A stretch of DNA of 63,803 bases, counting the filler, from Conidiobolus incongruus B7586 (lineage: Eukaryota): NCBI GenBank assembly GCA_000697335.1. It is 19 parts of 19 records of this genome, joined end to end, with 100 filler letters (N's around TTAATTAATTAA, not from the genome) between each part and the next. Parts side by side here need not be neighbours in the genome. Positions count along the whole stretch, not along the records: positions 38,334 to 41,641 come from JNEM01004413.1; positions 41,742 to 47,468 come from JNEM01004414.1; positions 47,569 to 52,362 come from JNEM01004415.1; 16 more parts are not named here. The stretch is one strand, 5' to 3'. The first letter of the stretch is position 1. Each line of letters starts with the position of its first letter. The notes under the pieces were generated by a model. It did no database searches. It was not told the DNA's origin and was given only the letters and a program-made list of their open reading frames with translations. The position numbers and the translations under genes are program-made. Of this stretch, positions 39,471-52,342 are shown in pieces.

Positions 39471-40343
39471 ATGAAATTAAAATCTTCCATAATTTCTCTA
39501 TTCATTTCAACGTTGACATGTCTACCTCAAGAGCATGAAGAAGAAAACTATGATAATAAGGAAAAAGAACAGGATCCAAAGGATGAAAATACAATTGATG
39601 AAGTGAAAGGAATTGAATGGGATCATTATTTTAACAGTAATACCACTCAAATGAATATAACATTGCCTTTCGATTACAGTTGCAATACTATCGTTGTTGA
39701 ATAAAAATAACCCATATGAATAGTTGAATTTATTCACTTTGGATATTAAACAATGAAATCATTGATTATATTATATGATCAATAGATTATAATCAAATTT
39801 TTGATATAATATTAATCAATTTTGATGAGAATATAAAGTAGAATGATAAATTCAAGCTATGCTAGAGAATTCTAACAAATATCGCCAATGATTTATTTTC
39901 AAGTATATTACAATAAATATATTAAATAATCTTAATAAATAGTTTGACTACAGGAAATAAATATCACTAATATATAACCCTATAAATTATATTTTTACAG
40001 ACTGGTAGATCAGTTCGACTTTATCAACTGGGCTCATTCGAGAGATCTGCCAAAAATCCATAGAAAACGTGACCAACAAATGCGCCCGAACTGAATTTCA
40101 ATCGTGCCATTCGATTTGCCGCTCAAAGGATCAGAAAACACGTCAAACAGCTATATATAATCCGAATACAGCTAAGTTGTCACGTCGGTTCTCTTCCTAT
40201 GGTACTGCTCTGCAATCCAGGTCAAATAATAAATTTCCACTTTTATACCATCTTACAGACGACGTCCCGGAAGATGGCTATTTACTTAAAAGTTATTAGA
40301 CACCTGAGTTCTCAGCTAGTGTCAATATGATGAAAAATTATTA
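39471..40343 (+). pseudogene. disrupted gene for a secreted protein
   Basis: Signal-peptide-like start MKLKSSIISLFISTLTCLP followed by an acidic tract, a frameshift near 39700 and several in-frame TGA/TAG stops. A phase-compatible intron 39903-40000 leads to a Cys-containing exon. Confidence 0.5.
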
Positions 40344-41805
40344 ATTTAATTGAATTAAAATTACAGTGTATAGGATGTTGGAATATTGAATATTCTATCT
40401 GACTTAATTTCAATCAGTTGATGGTATTTTTATTAAAAGTAGTTAACAACATATTAGATAAACCATTAAAATATAATAATTTGATCAATTTTAATAAAAA
40501 CGAGATTATTATATATATATATATATATATATTGAAGAATTATTGATATATATTTTTTCAAGTTACAAGATAAACTACATTAATCCACAAACATACACTT
40601 TTCTTTATTAAAGTATTAATTTCATTTGATTTAATTGAAACTAAATTTTAAAGTTTATTAAATTCAGAAATTAAATTAAAATTATAATTTTATCAATTAT
40701 TAAATTAATTTCCTTTATTTTAACTTAATTTATTTAAATTTTATTGATAAATTTAAATTATCCGATTTACTAAAAAATAAATTTTAAAAGTTCATTTAAT
40801 ATAAATAATAATCAAATTATAAATTATCATTATTTTTAATTAAATAAATATTAAAAATAGATATCTGAAAGAAAAATTTTCTATACCTAGTATTAATAAT
40901 ATTTTTTAATCACTTAATTTTATCAAATTCAAATATACTTTTATGAATTAATAGTAAAATTAAATTAATGGATCCAAAGAGAATGAAATTTGAAATTCTT
41001 TATAATACTTTAAAATATTATAATAAAGTTATAATATGATTCTTAAATTATAGTTAATCAATTTATAGAAATTAACTTTTTAGTACAATAATATTATCCT
41101 TGCACCTATAAATATTTAATATTATTTCAAAAGGTCTTATCCATGAAAATTTTTTGATATTTTATCATTTTGAAATTGGATTTTGATATTTAAAAAAATT
41201 AAAGTTTTAAAAAATATCAAATATTTCATGTTTACATATTATTATTTTTGACAATATCATAGTCATATTTGATTTATAAAATAATTAATCTGATATATTA
41301 TTATTAATTTAATAATTTAATATCAATTTGAGTAATATCAAGTTTTATTTATAGTTACGAGTTTATAAATAATCTTTAAGTTTCCTATCTATAAAACTAT
41401 TTTAATCAATACTAACTTCAACATAGTAATATAAAATATCAAATTATTTTTTAATATATTCATTATTCAACAAATCAAATAAATTGAGTAATATTATAAT
41501 AATTAATTTATAAATCATATTGATTTATTTTTTTGAGATTTATTTCTAAATTTGTCAAATTTAAATATATATATAATATTAAATTATATATTATATTATA
41601 ATATTCAATTTTTCATTTATTTAATTTATAGATAATAATATNNNNNNNNNNNNNNNNNNNNNNNNNNNNNNNNNNNNNNNNNNNNTTAATTAATTAANNN
41701 NNNNNNNNNNNNNNNNNNNNNNNNNNNNNNNNNNNNNNNNNAACTAAAATAAGTCATAAATTTACAAATTTGTAAATTTTAAGGGTATAAATAATAAACC
41801 TTATC

Positions 41806-42200
41806 TGTTAAAAGACTAGTTCTTTACATTCTTATATAAACTTTCATATAATTTAATTAATTATAAATTATATGATCAATTTATATTTTTATAGCTAAAT
41901 TAGTTATTTATATAGCATTAAATTATTTAATAAACTAATTTTTTTTTCCTCTTAATTTTTACAATTTTTTATCTTTTTTATTATTTCTAAGATTTAAACT
42001 ACATTTTATTAATATTATAGTAAATTAACAGTATTTAATATAAATCTTAGTATATCAGTAACTTATTCTAGTTTAAAGCTTAATTAAACTTTGTTTATAT
42101 TTACCTATTACAACTATATTATAATACTATGTTTTATATTACACTACTTTTATATTAAGTTTTCCTTTATATTATATTAGTATTTATTACTATGTTTATA
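41806..42200 (+). repeat. 5' LTR (~395 bp)
   Basis: Begins TGTTAAAAGAC; direct repeat of 47090-47468 and reverse complement of 59738-60141. Confidence 0.85.
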
Positions 42201-45200
42201 TAGTAACAGTGATAAAACTATTAAAAACCTACTAGAAATTAATAATTACCTGTATTAAATTTACTTACTATTATTTTAAATTCTATCTATAATTTATTTT
42301 ATATAAATTTAATATTATACACTATAATATTATTAAAAAAAAGATACCCTTATTTTATTTTAATAATAATGATAGCTTAATTACTAAATAAATTCAAGAC
42401 TTTAATTTTAAAAACTTATTGCCTTTTAAGAAGCTTATATTTAATAACTTTTGATTAAGAAAAATATAACTCAAAAATATTAAATCTAATAAACCAGCTA
42501 TTTTAATATTATTAACTTATTAAATTATTTATTTAATATTTATAAAATTAAATTAACCATTTATAATAATTTTAAAAACCACTATAAGCTTAAAAACTAT
42601 CTTAAAAATATAAAAAATTATATTAATTTAATTATTAATAAAGATTTAAAAATATCTTTTGATTAGCTATTTTTTTATAGAAATCTACTTATACTTAGTA
42701 GTTAACTTATTATAAGCTTAATCCTAAAGAGTTTTTAAGGGGATAACTAATTATAAGAATATTAACCTTTAAACAATTAGTAAAAACCTTTAAAGAAAAG
42801 TATTACTTAAAAGATTAAATTTAATTAATAATAGAAAAGCTCTCTTAACTTAAACAAAAAACTTTATAAGAAAATTAATTAAGAAACTTAATATGATATA
42901 TTTAATAATATTAAATATCATTAAAAAAAATAAATCTATAAGTTATTATAATGTTTTAATCTTAAATAAAACTCTAGTTAATTAATAAAGAATATTTTAA
43001 TAATATGTTTTTTTCTAACATTTATATTATAATATTTATGATTAATAGTATCTTTTACTTTATAACTAAATTTTCTTATCTTAAGAATTAATCTTTTAAA
43101 ACCTACTTTAACTTATTTAAATTTCAAATGATAATTGTTTTGATCTTAAAACTTTATGAGAAAACTTTTAGTAAAGAAGTTAAAGCTTACTTAAAAATAA
43201 ATAACAGTTATTATTATTATTGAAGGAATTAAGTTAATTATATAATTGATAAGTATCCCTTCAAAATATAACATTTATTTAATTTTCAATAATTTTAATC
43301 TATTAACTATATATTAAACTTAAATAATACTAATATCATTTTAAAATTACCTTTTTTATAATTAGTTAATAAATTCTAATATAAATTACAAAAATTCTAA
43401 TAGACTAATGATTCTATAAATTAAATTATATATACTAAAAAAATCTAACTAATTAAACTATTAAAAACTAAAAATATTTTAGTAATTAATTTATCTTATA
43501 ATTCTTTACCTTTAACTATCACTTTATTGTTTATTTTAACTAAAGATTTTATAAATATACTTGTTAATATTTTAATTAACTCTAGTTCTTTTAGTTATAT
43601 TATTTCTTTTTTTATTATTATAAAACTATCTTTACTTACCTAAAAAAACAGCTTAATAATTAAATAAACTAATAATTTAATAAAATAAGCATTTAATATT
43701 ATATTTAGATATTTATCATTATTTTTTAACTACTATTAATATATTAAATTCATAGTTGGTAATATCAATTAAAATTTTATATTAAGTCAAAATTAGTTTG
43801 AATATCACAATTTTTTTTATGAATGTTATTTTAAAAAGTTACAAATTTATTTCTTTTATACTATAAAAAATATTTATATAATTAATCTTAAAATTTTATA
43901 TTACTTTATTATAAAATTACTAAATACTTTACCTAATGCTAACTCTATAATTGTATTAAATAATTTTATTATTATAAATAAAAATTAATATAAAAAACTA
44001 ATTAAAAAGCTTAGTAATCAATAAAGATATGTATTTTTTTATTATTTATTTATTAATATTTCATCTGTTAATTTAAATAAAATTATAACTAATAATTATT
44101 TTATATATAATATATTAAGTTAATTTGCTAATATTTTTAAACATATAAGTAAATTATCTTTTAAATATAATATTAAACATATATTTATATTTCTCTTAAA
44201 TATTTAATTATATTTAAAACTTATTTACTATTTATCCCTTAAATAATAATAAATTTTAAAAGAAATATAAAAATTACTTGAAAATAAATATATTAAGCCT
44301 TCTTTTTTATTATAAAAATCTCTTATTCTCTTTATATAAAAAGTTAATAATAGTAAAATATTATATATTAATAACTATAATTTAAATTTCAAAATTATTA
44401 AAAATAAAATTTTATTATCAAACTTATATGATATGAAAGATAAATTACTTAAATCCATTTTATTTACTAAATTAAATACTAGAAATAATTATTATAATAT
44501 TAAAGTTGAAGAAAATTCTAATTTTTTAACTGTTTTTGATATTCTATTAAACTACTATAAATTTATTATTATAAACTTTACATTGTGTAAAGTTTTTAAA
44601 ACTTTTATCTAATTTATTAATTCCCTTTTTAACCTTATTTTTAATAATTTTTTTATTATTGAACTTGATGATATTTTAATCTATTTAAAAACTAAAAAAG
44701 AACATATTTAATATGTTAAATAAGTTTTATAAATTATTCAAAAATATAAATTACTTTTAAAGCTATTAAAATATATTTTTAATGCCTCTTTTATCTTTTT
44801 CTATAGTTATATTATTTTTTTTAAAGAATTAACATTGATTTAACTAAACTCTATGGTATAAGAACTTTTACTATACTTATAAACAAAAATTAACTTATAT
44901 TTATATTTAAATTATTAAATTACTTTAAAGATTTCATTGATTCTTTTGTTGAATTTATAATTCTTTTAATTAATCTTTTAAAAAAAAACTCTCTTTTTAA
45001 ATAAACCCCACTATATACTTTTTACATAAATATTTTAATTTTCTATATTATTGATGTTTTTGCTTTATATATTTTTAATTTTAAACTACCTACCATTATT
45101 TTTACTAATTTTAATTTCTTTACCATTAGTAAATAATTAACTTATTTAAATTTAATTTATATTTTACCTTTTAACTATCAGATAAAATAATAAATAAAAG

Positions 45201-47089
45201 AGAATAAGTTGAGTTTAACCTTATAAATGTTATCTTAAACCTTGTAACATTCTAGTTAAGAAAAATAAAACCAGTTAAATGTAAAATCCCTAATCTATAT
45301 ATAAAAACTTTTTGCTTTAGTAAAAATAATTAAAAATCATTTATATTTCTTAATTTGTAATTTTTTCCTAGTATTTATAGACTATAAATCATTTATCTAT
45401 TTAAATATTTAAAAGTATTTATTAAGAAAATCAGTTAAATAGATTAAAACTATTTAAGCTTATTTTTTCTTTATTTAATATCTTTTAGGTTAATAAAATT
45501 ATGTTATAAATATTTTATTAAAAAATCTTATATTCTTATTCTTTTATTTTAATTACAAAAATCTAGAATATTAACTTAATAATTATTGATAAAGAAAATC
45601 AAGAATTTATTAAATTATTTTAAGAAATACTACAAAATAATAATTTTTTTTAATTAAAAAACAACTCTTTAAACTATTAAAAAATTAATTCAAATATATC
45701 AAAAGATTTTAAGTCATTGAAAGCTTATGATATTATAATGATTATCAATATATCTTTAATTATCTTAAGATTTAATAAGCAATATTTTATAAATATAATA
45801 ACTTACTAATTAGAAAATATTAGAACTAGTTAAAGATTACTAAAAGAGTTAAAATAAAATATTACTAGCTTTCTTTAGTTAAATTAATATAGAAATACAC
45901 TAATACTTATGATATATATTAAATAATTAAATATAATATTTAACTAAGATATAGTCAACTTATTTCTTTATAAATCTTTAATAAAATTTAATAATAAATC
46001 TAATTTAATTTCATAAAAATTTATAAATCAACACCAAGTTATAATAACTCATTAACTATAATTAATGTATTTTTTAAATAAACTTATTTTATTATTTGTT
46101 TCAAAACTTTTATAATTAAGGATATTGCATAGCTATTATTCTCTAAAATCTTTAGTTATTATAAAACTCTATAAATTATTATATCTGATAGAAATATACA
46201 AATCAACTCTTAACTTTAAATATTACTATCTTTTTCCTTTAAGATTAATCTATCTATATTTATTTTTAATTATTATTAAACTAATAAACTTGTTAAAAAA
46301 ACTATTAAATCCTTCAATAATTAAAGCTTATATTAACACTAATTAATTAAATTAAAATATCTATATCTATCAATTTTAATATTAATTTAATATCTATATT
46401 AATAAATTAACAGGTTTTAACTTATATTTTATCAATTATAATAAACATCCTAATTTAATAATTATTCTAAAACTTTAAATCAACTTATCTTTAAATATTG
46501 TTGAATTTTAATCTAATATCAAAATTATTCATTCTTTTATTAAATTTAACTTGAAAAAAAATTAAAAGATTATAGAACAATAATATTTAAAATTATTTAA
46601 AAAACCTTTTAAATATAAAATTGGTATGCTTGTATACTTAGAACAATCTACCCTTAAACCTACTTTACTTAAATCTAGCTTAAATCCAAAATACTTATTA
46701 TTATTTTATAATCTTTATAAAATTTAATCTATTAATTTAAATTTTAAAAATATTACCTTAGAACTACTTTTAACTTTGAGGATCAACTTTACCTTTTATA
46801 TATTTAAAATCAAGCCTTATTTTAAAGATTTTAACACTTTTTTTAATTAATTAAAAGCTTTAAAACTAGATTTAATTATTAATTAAGATAGACAAGATGA
46901 ATACTATATTGATTACATAATTAAATCTAAATCTATTAGGAATAAGCTTTATTTTTATATAAAATAGATAAGTTATCCTATTAAAGAAGTTATATTAGAA
47001 CCCTTAAAAAATACTAAGAATACTTTAACCTATTATATCTATTTACAAAAATCTAAAGAGTATGTCTTTTAAGAAACTTACTAGGAGAT

Positions 47090-47468
47090 TATTAAAAGAC
47101 TAATTCTTTAAATTTTTATATAAACTTTTATATAATTCAATTAACTATAAATTATATAATTAATTTATACTTTTATAGCTAAATTAATTATATAAATAAT
47201 ATTGAAGTATTTAATAAATTAGGTTTTTCTTTTTTCTCTTAATTCTTATTATTTTTTATCATTTTTAAAATTTCTAAAGTTAAAACTATATCCTATAAAT
47301 ATTATAATATATTAATACTATTTAATATAAAACTTAATTTATTAGTGACTTATCTTAGTTTTAAGTTTAATTAAACTTTATTTATATTTATATACTATAT
47401 CTATATTATAGTACCATATTTTATATCACACTACTTTTATATTAAGTCTTCCTCTATACTATATTGGT
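47090..47468 (+). repeat. 3' LTR, truncated by the gap
   Basis: Begins TATTAAAAGAC (TG changed to TA) and is collinear with the 5' LTR. Confidence 0.85.
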
Positions 47469-47890
47469 NNNNNNNNNNNNNNNNNNNNNNNNNNNNNNNN
47501 NNNNNNNNNNNNTTAATTAATTAANNNNNNNNNNNNNNNNNNNNNNNNNNNNNNNNNNNNNNNNNNNNATATAATAATACAATATATATATATATTTATA
47601 ATAAAATATATTATATTTTATAATAATTTTAATCCCTATTAATACTTTTATTAACTTATATTAATAATACCTTTTAATTTTTTATTAATTAAAAATATTT
47701 TTCAAATAATTTATTAATAAATTTAGATTCTAAACTTATATAAATATTATATTAATATAATAAAAATTAAAAAATTTTGGTACTATTTTAATAATTATAA
47801 TATGATATTTTTTAATATATATTTCTAATTATTTTATATATTAGAGAGTAATTAAAATATTTATTAGTTAATTTTAATAAATATTTGATA

Positions 47891-48292
47891 TTACTCTATA
47901 GTTTAAATAATGGGAATATTTTGCAATTAAAAATAAATCAATAGTTTAATATATAATATATAAAAATAATAATACAATATAAATTTAATAGCTTCTTTTT
48001 TTATTAATAACTTTTTGTTATATTTTTAGCAAACTTTTAACATTAAGAAAATAGTTTTTTTTATTAAAGACTGAAATTTGATATTTCACAAACAAATTAA
48101 ATTTCCTTGCAGAAATTTTCTTTCTTGTAAGCTAGTTTTTTATTTACCTAAAGCAATTATAATCATATAAGTTATAATCTAAAGAATATACTAGATATGG
48201 TAGTTTTTTCTAGTTTTTTCTAGTTTTTTTTAATTACAATATTTTTTACAAATTTAAATTTATATATTTTGTAACTTTTATGTAAAATATGA
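47891..48292 (-). mobile_element. 3' part of a mariner-like copy
   Basis: Minus strand reads N*KKLPYLVYSLDYNLYDYNCFR*IKN*L, compared with mariner WExLPHPxYSPDxxPxDYxxF. Right TIR TTACTCTATAGTTTAAATAATGGGAA follows TA. Confidence 0.75.
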
Positions 48293-48299
48293 CAAGACC

Positions 48300-49280
48300 T
48301 ACTTTATCAATATTTAAACAGATTCAGAATTTTTAAGAATAGAGATTAAAAATGATACTAGCAGTCCCTATTTCAAACCACTATGCAGAGTAGCTAAAGG
48401 TCATACATCATTAATTTCTTATAGGAATTTAAATTTTGCACACTAAACAAAACTGCTAAAGCCAAGTGAAACTATCTATGCAATGTTGAAGATCTTTTGA
48501 GCATATAGTGGGTGAGTATTGATCCACAAGATATTTTTTAGAAGTATGTGGTTGAGGACAGGGTTGGGTACTGCTTCTAGAATATTTTACTCTGTGCGCA
48601 TATGTTGATGGATTTGGGATTTACTGTGTAAGTTACGGGATCTAGGATGGTACAGCAGCTTATTAGGGATCAGTTTAGAGCAGTGGAGGTTCAGGTTTTG
48701 AGTCATATTTGCATTATTGTAGAGTTGCAAAATATGAAATATCTCTTGGATGTGGGACTGAAACTAGGCGGTAATTCCAAGTCCATTTTGATGGAGGAAG
48801 GCCTCGTCCAGCAGGCAAATCCGTTGATAGATCACCGATTGGTGCGGGGATTTTACTCCAATGCCACTGTCGAACTCACCAACCCACCAACTCCAAACAC
48901 TACCCATAGATCTCGGAAGCCAAATGGAAGCATTTCCGTAACAAGCCACCACATCCTAGGAATAAGTGAACTCTCCTAACTTATACCAATCCCATCCCAA
49001 TCTATTTGTAAGACATTCATATGATCAATATTATCATCATTACTACACCTGAAAATCTACTCAGAATTTACATTACAATGACCCTTAACGTTGACGAATG
49101 CTACACTAACTTGAAGGATTAGACCTTGAAAATTTACACAGAGAAAGACGTAGTCCAAACTATACATTTTGAAACTGAGTTAGAGAGAAGACAAATGTAT
49201 TGGAGCTACTCTAAGGTGAAAGTACTCGAACAGCATATTGAACACACCCAATTTGAATTTTTCCTGTATGTTTTTTAACA
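48300..49280 (+). pseudogene. decayed coding region of unknown family, weakly ankyrin-like
   Basis: GC-normal island with coding-like frames broken by stops and frameshifts (ILLCAHMLMDLGFTV*...MKYLLDVGLKL). It abuts the mariner fragment at 48292. Confidence 0.35.
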
Positions 49281-49646
49281 AATTTAACTATCGATTTCAG
49301 AACTGATTTCAACATTTGAGATAATTTTATAGACAATATCCAAAAAAATAAAATAAAAAATTTATCGTTTAAATTCACTCTTAAAAAAAGATATTATTCA
49401 TAAATTCTCAATATATATTATATTTAATATCTCAGTTAATTTGAATTTATCATAATGCCAAATAATAATAAAATTCTTCTTAATTGATTAGTCTATAGTT
49501 TATTTAAATAAAAAAATATATACCTCAAAATTTGATATATTATTTTTTTAGATTTATGCCAAGTTGATATAATTTTAAATTTTATAATTTTTTGTACAAT
49601 GATGATACAAAAATTATACTTATACTTTATGCACCTAACAGTTAAT

Positions 49647-49681
<35 letters not shown>

Positions 49682-51449
49682 TCTTATATCATTTATATAA
49701 TACATATCTTTAATTAAATTAATTCTAATATAATTATTTATAAATGGTTTTAACATTTTTCCCTAATAAAAATATTAACTCTAAAAATCATTATACAGAA
49801 TTAAAAAATTAAACATCAATTTAGTCATCTATATTTTTACAAGCTTTAATAAAATTATTGTGAATATATAATAGGTCAATATACTATATAGTATTTATAT
49901 TATTATAGTTATTACCTATAATAAATATGATATTGAAATTACTTTTATTATAAATTCTTGCAAAATTTATAGTATAATAAATAAATATTTGTTTTTTAAT
50001 CAGTATATATTGTACAAAATATTTTATGATATTATTAAAACTTGAAATTAACACTACAACTATTCAAATGAAATAGTTTATCTTTTAATGACAATCATTT
50101 TATTGGATCAATAAATATATTGAATTTATTATTATATTTTAAATTGGCATTGAATATATTACCCTTTTTTTATTTTGATAATATAGCATTATTAAATAAA
50201 TTTTTAAATATATTATATATTATATTAAAATAAAATAATATTTGTTTTTGCCAATATAATCTACATATTCATTATATTTCAAATTTAAGAATATTTATTA
50301 AATTTATTTGGTAAATTTTTACTCCAATTTATGTATAACATTAATTACCTAATTCGTATAATATGAAAATACAAACTATGTACATTTCAAACTAATAACT
50401 GATATATCAAGGTTATATTCATAATATAAAATATTACTTTCTCGAATATATCAAAATACGATAAAATATTGGTTATTATTATTATAAACTATATATTTCA
50501 CAATACATTAAATCTAATATAAATATTCATTAATTATATTTCATTATTTGTATTAAAATAAATTGGGATTAATTTTACCCAAAATTATTGAATTAAAATA
50601 ATATGATTAAATATATAAACAAATTGAAAAAAATTTTGAAATTAATATTCAAAACTGAAACTACTTTTTTTTAATTTAATTAAAATTTAGCATTTTATAT
50701 TATCAACAATATATTTATAATATCTTATTAAATTAATTATATTTCTATAATTTGCATATATATATCTTTGTTATATTATATTTTTAAATCCATAATTCCG
50801 ATTATACATTTGAGATATTTTATATAATAAATCAAGTTTTATTTCCAATAAAATTAAAAATAATATATATTTGTAAAAATGTCATTAAATTTGATTATAC
50901 ATATATTATAGAATCTGTATTAATTTTTCTATATTAATTCATATATACCAATATTAGCTTTTAATTTTAAAATATAATAACTACTATAAAATATCAATAC
51001 ATTTATTTTAACATTGAATATAATTGTTATTCTAAATATAATAAATGATATATATGTTTTTCCAATAGAGATATTATAATATTAATTATAGTCATAGCTT
51101 TTAATAATATAATGATTCATAATAATCAAAAATTAGTTAAATTTTTTAAGAATAAATAGGGACATATTTTATAAATTAAATCAATATATTGAAATAATTA
51201 AGTTAAAAAATTTATATTATTTAATTAGTACTCACTAAAAATTTAGAGTTATATATAAGAATTTAAAAAATTATTATTTTCAAATAAATCTGTAATTATC
51301 ATTATAAAAGCTAATAATATTATTGATAAATTATAGGATGTATCATAAAACAAAATTGCAAAACAAAAAATAATAATCTTGATTGATTTTATTTTTTAAT
51401 AATAAAACAAAATTCATAATTAAGTTAAGATTAAAAAATTAAAGAGGCT

Positions 51450-52342
51450 ATTTCACAATAGTTATTTTGTTACTTTTAAGCTATTTAATAATAGAATTTA
51501 TAATATAACAAAGGGTATTATCTTGTTAGAAAATAATATTTGATTTATTTAACCTATACTACTAAATAATTTTATTCAATTTATTATTTAAAATATTTTA
51601 ATATATTTTAATATTAATTCTACCATTAACCTTACAAAAATACCTTATACTATAAAATAACATATATCCTTAAACTGTAATTAACCTATTATTAAATTTT
51701 TAGGTTATAATAATGAAAATAGTTATAAAGTAATTTTTTATCTTTTTTGAAATATTTAGCTTATTTATTAGATTTATTAAAATATATCTTTGTTTTATTA
51801 AACTAAATAATTTTATTTTAGTTAATTTTAATTCAACTTTAATATTAATATTTATACTCCCACCTAACTTTATAATAAAACTTTATTAATTAAAAATGTT
51901 TTTTCTTAAAATATAAGTAAAATCTATTCTAATATAAAGTATATATATTAATATTAGTATTAATTAATATTCTTGTATAATCATATAATTTTTATTATAC
52001 ATTTATAATAATATTATATTTACTTATATTAACTAATCTATAAATATATTTTTTATCATATTTATCTATAATTTTAATATATTTAAGTTTTAGTTTAAGT
52101 GTTTTTTTAACATTATTTTTAATAACCCTAATTATAATAGATTAGCTAACAATAATAATTCTAGTAATCTTATAAGTTAATTTATTTTTATTATGAAGTT
52201 GATAAATATTTAAATAAACTTTTTTAGAGAGAGATTTAAATATTATAATATTAATTTTAAAATATTAACTTATTAGTTTTATAATATATATAATATAATA
52301 TAATAAAAAGAAAATATATATAAGTTTTGTTATTTATACCCT
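51450..52342 (-). mobile_element. degenerate Tc1-like fragment
   Basis: ACAAAGGGTATTATCTTGTTAGAAAATAATAT matches 61571-61602; collinear up to the gap. Confidence 0.75.

Larger units (their letters stand above)
41806..47468 (+). mobile_element. near full-length degenerate Ty3/Gypsy chromovirus-type LTR retrotransposon
   Basis: LTRs at 41806-42200 and 47090-gap; PBS-like TAGTAACAGTG at 42201; purine tract before 47090. Ghost domains in PR-RT-IN-chromo order: LINSSS (LIDSG) near 43575; RT LLENKYIKPS...FTKLNTRNNYYNIKV...ELDDILIY at about 44275-44690; integrase HHCC remnants at about 45720-45930; chromodomain EYYIDYI..SK..RNKLYFYIK*ISYP..E...EP at about 46900-47005. Confidence 0.9.

Noticed and set aside
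39993..40260. 10-bp near-direct repeat (TTTTACAGAC / TCTTACAGAC) flanking TGGTA...TACCA, suggesting a 248-bp insertion or third solo LTR
   Set aside because: The left copy is a phase-compatible splice acceptor and a reading frame runs through the segment. The inverted repeat is only 5 bp. An exon of the pseudogene is the simpler explanation, though an insertion is not excluded.
39700..40300. Stop-codon reassignment (TAR = Gln) to explain the in-frame stops
   Set aside because: Intact genes here end in TAA, TAG and TGA and have no internal stops, and this locus also has a frameshift.
46125..46346. ORFs 46125-46346, 58611-58799 and 3694-3906
   Set aside because: Products rich in I/L/K/N/Y/F from AT-rich DNA; the first two lie inside the dead Gypsy copies.
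41806..47468. Using LTR-LTR divergence to call the insertion very ancient
   Set aside because: Divergence is dominated by directional transitions, so a neutral clock does not apply.
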